A stretch of DNA of 64,000 nt from NCBI GenBank assembly GCA_013265495.1, contig MU057809.1:1107062-1171061 (forward strand), written 5' to 3'. This DNA is from Vicugna vicugna. Lineage: Eukaryota. Shown piece by piece: positions 60,930-64,000 of the stretch. The notes beneath the pieces were generated by a model, which saw only the letters and a list, made by a program, of their open reading frames with translations, was not told the origin of the DNA and did not search any database. The translations under genes and the position numbers were made by a program. Each line of letters begins with the position of its first letter. The stretch's first letter is position 1.

Positions 60930-62042
60930 GTAAGTGGATGCCGGCGGGCAGCGGTCATTCCTTCTGCAGCCTCCATCCTGTTTAGGGTGTTAATGGATCT
61001 TTGGTTCATGTTGTGACGTGTTTCCAGACCCAGCTGGCATGTCGTAGCGAGAGCTGCTGTCCTGTCCTAGCTGGGGGTGTGGTTTTTCTCTGTAAGACTT
61101 GGGTGGGGGGTGACGCTCTCACACAGGCTGGAGGTCAAGGGTGTGCAGGGACATTGCCAGGCACCCACCTTCTCTGCAGGAGGCAAAGTGGATATGTTGT
61201 TTTCCTTTACGTTTTCTCTTTAAGCACAAACAGTGGAGTGCTTGGCACGTTTTGCACCCACATTTTTTGTTTGCTTCGCTTAATATTTAATTTACCAAAA
61301 GCTGCCAGGTTTTTTCCTCCTGACGGAAGCATTGTTTTAAGTGTGCCATTGCTGGCTTTCAGGACATTCATGGCTGTGTGGGCTTCCCCACTAGCTCAGT
61401 TCCAGAGTGTGCCCACCCCTCGCAAGAGAGACTCATAGCCACCCCGCTCCTCACACCCCCTGATCTGCTGCCTTGCCTCCTGTCCCTGGATTTCCCTGCT
61501 GTGGTGTTTCGTACGATGGAGCCACGCGGTGCGTGGCCTTCTGTGCCTGGTGCCCTTTGCGGAGCGGGTCGTGGCCTGCACGTGTCCCCCATGCGGCTGA
61601 CCGCTCCGCGTTCACGCCCCCGTGTGGCTGGTCGCTCTGCGTCTGTCTGCTGATGGACACATGGGTTGTCTCCCCTCTGGGCCCCTGCTCTTCACGTGGG
61701 TGTGTCTGAGCTGTTTTGAAGTGGTTGGATCGTCCCCACTGGCAGGCCTCGAGGACAGAAGTTGTGCTGCAGTGTGTAACCCCGGACCATGAGGGCGGGT
61801 CGTGAAGCAGGATCTGGGGGGGGGGTGGGGTCCATGTGCTCTCTGGAAAGTGTACCAGTTTCCACCTCCGTCAGCATTTGAGAAGGTCCTATTGCGTTGT
61901 GTTAATCACTGCAGGTGTTCGTGTCTGCACCAGACGCATGCATTTAACCTTCCAGCAAACTTGGACGTGGTCCCATGCTGTAACTCTTCACACTTTGATT
62001 TTTCAGAATATCATCTCTTCTTTCTCTCTTTTTTTTTTACAG

Positions 62043-62115
62043 GGTGTTGTCACAAATTTTGAAATTTTCCGAATGAGGGAAAAACAGGTGCCCGTCGACG
62101 TGGTCGAAATGAAAG
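62043..62115 (+). CDS. EIF3B: EIF3B exon 11 (73 nt); ends at a GC donor
   Basis: [24 protein letters not shown](E); tttacag| and AAG|GCAAGT. Confidence 0.94.
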
Positions 62116-62889
62116 GCAAGTCCCGCTGTCTTTGCCCCGTGGTTGAGGCCCCGCGCTGTGTGCACACCTTCCCCTGAGGCTTCCTGCGGCTCCGCGGCCC
62201 GAGTGGACGCCCCGCTCGCAGAGAGCGGCGTCTGTCCCGTCGCTGCATGCTCACGTCGAGGGTGTTCTTTGCGCTTTCCCGTGTGGTCTCATAGCTTTGC
62301 CGGCTCCTGAGTGGGTGGAGAGACACCCCCCTCTTCTCCCCACGTGGTCTGCTGGCACAGCAGGGGGGCGAGGGTTCTAGCCGGTTGCACGCTTGGGAGA
62401 GGGTGAAGAGCAGGCTTTTAGCACACCCCCAGGGAGGGCGGCACGAGGGCTTCCCATCCTGCATGTGGAGGTCGTTGGGAATAGAGCGTCTTTGTGTTAC
62501 TGTTTGACTTTTTCCTCGTAAAACTGAGTGCTGTGATCCTGCCTTCAGGTAGGACATCTGGCCTGTGCTTTCTGTTCTGCTTGGAGAGGAGGGAGGGAGG
62601 GGTGACGTGGCCACGTGCCTGGGCATAGAGGCGTGTGGGCCCTGGTGTCCAGTGCCCAGCGAGGAGGGTGGGGAACGCTGTCCGCAGGCTGCCCCCCAGC
62701 TGCCGCGGGGCGTCCCCACCGGCCTGGCGGCCCCCGCGGTGCGGCGCAGCCCTTGTCCCAGTGCTACTGTGTCCCTTGAATGAGCTGGAGAATTTGGGGG
62801 GAGGCATTTCTCTGCTGGAATGACTTTAACTGATAGGGAGTGTTCTGTTGTTAAGTGACCAAAAGGAGCTGCCCTCTTTCCTGACCTAG

Positions 62890-63012
62890 AAACCATCATA
62901 GCCTTCGCCTGGGAGCCGAATGGGAGCAAGTTCGCAGTGCTGCACGGGGAGGCCCCCCGGATATCGGCGTCCTTCTACCACGTCAAGAGCAACGGGAAGA
63001 TCGAGCTCACCA
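62890..63012 (+). CDS. EIF3B: EIF3B exon 12 (123 nt); gene continues beyond the window
   Basis: [41 protein letters not shown]; cctag| and |gtgcgt. Confidence 0.94.
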
Positions 63013-64000
63013 GTGCGTACCGTCCTCGTCCCCACTGCCCCCTCCCCACCCCGCACGAAGGGGACAGGGCCGGGCAGGCTAGTCCCCGTCCTGCGGCCCT
63101 GGGGTCACTGGGCTGCTATCCATCCATCCGCCTGGAGGGCCCTGTCCTCCCCACCGGGGCTGCAGCGCCAGGCTGGGATGGCGACAGCCTACCTGTTCCT
63201 CGTCTAGCCTGAATGCATCGGGGCCTGTTTCATGCTCCCGCCCTGTGTCCCTAGTGCCAGGCATAGGCTTGGAGCAGAGCGGGTCCACGGGTGACACGGC
63301 GCTGACTCACGATCGCTGGCACTCCAGCGTTTCTCTGTGAGCCTGAGGTGGCGGTGGCCTTGCGCCCTGAGTTAGGGGTGAGGTGTGCCCAGGGGTGCTC
63401 GCCCCGTGCTCCTGGAACCTCATGCAGGACTTCACCACGGACACAGTGGTTTGTCCTGACAGGTTCCTGTGCCCTGGGAAGGGCTTTTCCTGAGAGAGCT
63501 CTGCAGGAATTGAGTTTTCACTTCCTGGAGTTAGGCAGGGCTCGTGCTAGAATTGTGGTGTCAGTCGGCTGTCAGTCACGAGGCTGCCTGTGTGATGGAT
63601 TCCTTTGGGTATAGAGGGAAATACAGGCAGCTGAGGACTGGAAGGACCTCCACGGGCTCTCCTTGTGGAGAGACAGCGGGGGTCTCGTGCCTCTGCCGTC
63701 TGGGTGCCCCGCGCCCGTGGCTCCGCTCAGAGGTCAGGGTCAGCGTGGGTCACTTGAGTGTCACTGGCTGCAGAGGCTGTTGAGCGGTGTCTGCTTACAG
63801 AGTTTTATTTCTTCCTTTCTTGGTCTGAGAGCCCTGCCCTCCCGGCCAGGGCGGTGCTGCCTTAGCCACACGTCCTCTCAGCCCCGCTCAGGCTCCTCGG
63901 GGTGGACCAGGCCGCGGGGAGGCCGCGGTGTGCTGTGGTCACCTGTGCCTGCCCTGCTCCCCTCCCGAGTGAGTGAATGAGGAGACCCCGCGGGAGGACC

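Noticed and set aside
62003..62929. 308-aa antisense ORF across EIF3B exons 11-12
   Set aside because: GC-rich intron antisense with no domain signal; expected by chance at this base composition.

Overview
Mammalian (not microbial) DNA, very probably a camelid, inferred from about 11 copies of a tRNA-Ala-derived SINE resembling camelid Vic-1. The window holds two divergent spliced genes. SNX8 (minus strand) has coding exons 1-10 at 31677->602, giving 423 codons, and its last exon lies left of the window. EIF3B (plus strand) has coding exons 1-12 at 49393->63012, giving 576 codons, and continues to the right. Both exon chains were rebuilt by hand in one open frame, and each needs one GC-AG intron. 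The 17.7 kb between the start codons and SNX8 intron 1 are packed with L1, SINE, MaLR/ERV LTR and hAT remnants. I found no evidence of a new protein-coding system; most long ORFs in the track are GC-rich or repeat-derived artefacts. The best second-look items are regulatory or evolutionary: a solo LTR with a phased CCAAT array and two octamers, a perfect CLEAR palindrome 10 nt from the SNX8 ATG, a GC donor with a frameshifting competitor, an orphan CpG patch with a CTCF-like motif, uniform SINE orientation, and AT->GC drift of intronic repeats. Comparisons with human proteins and repeat families are from memory, not searches, and repeat boundaries are approximate.
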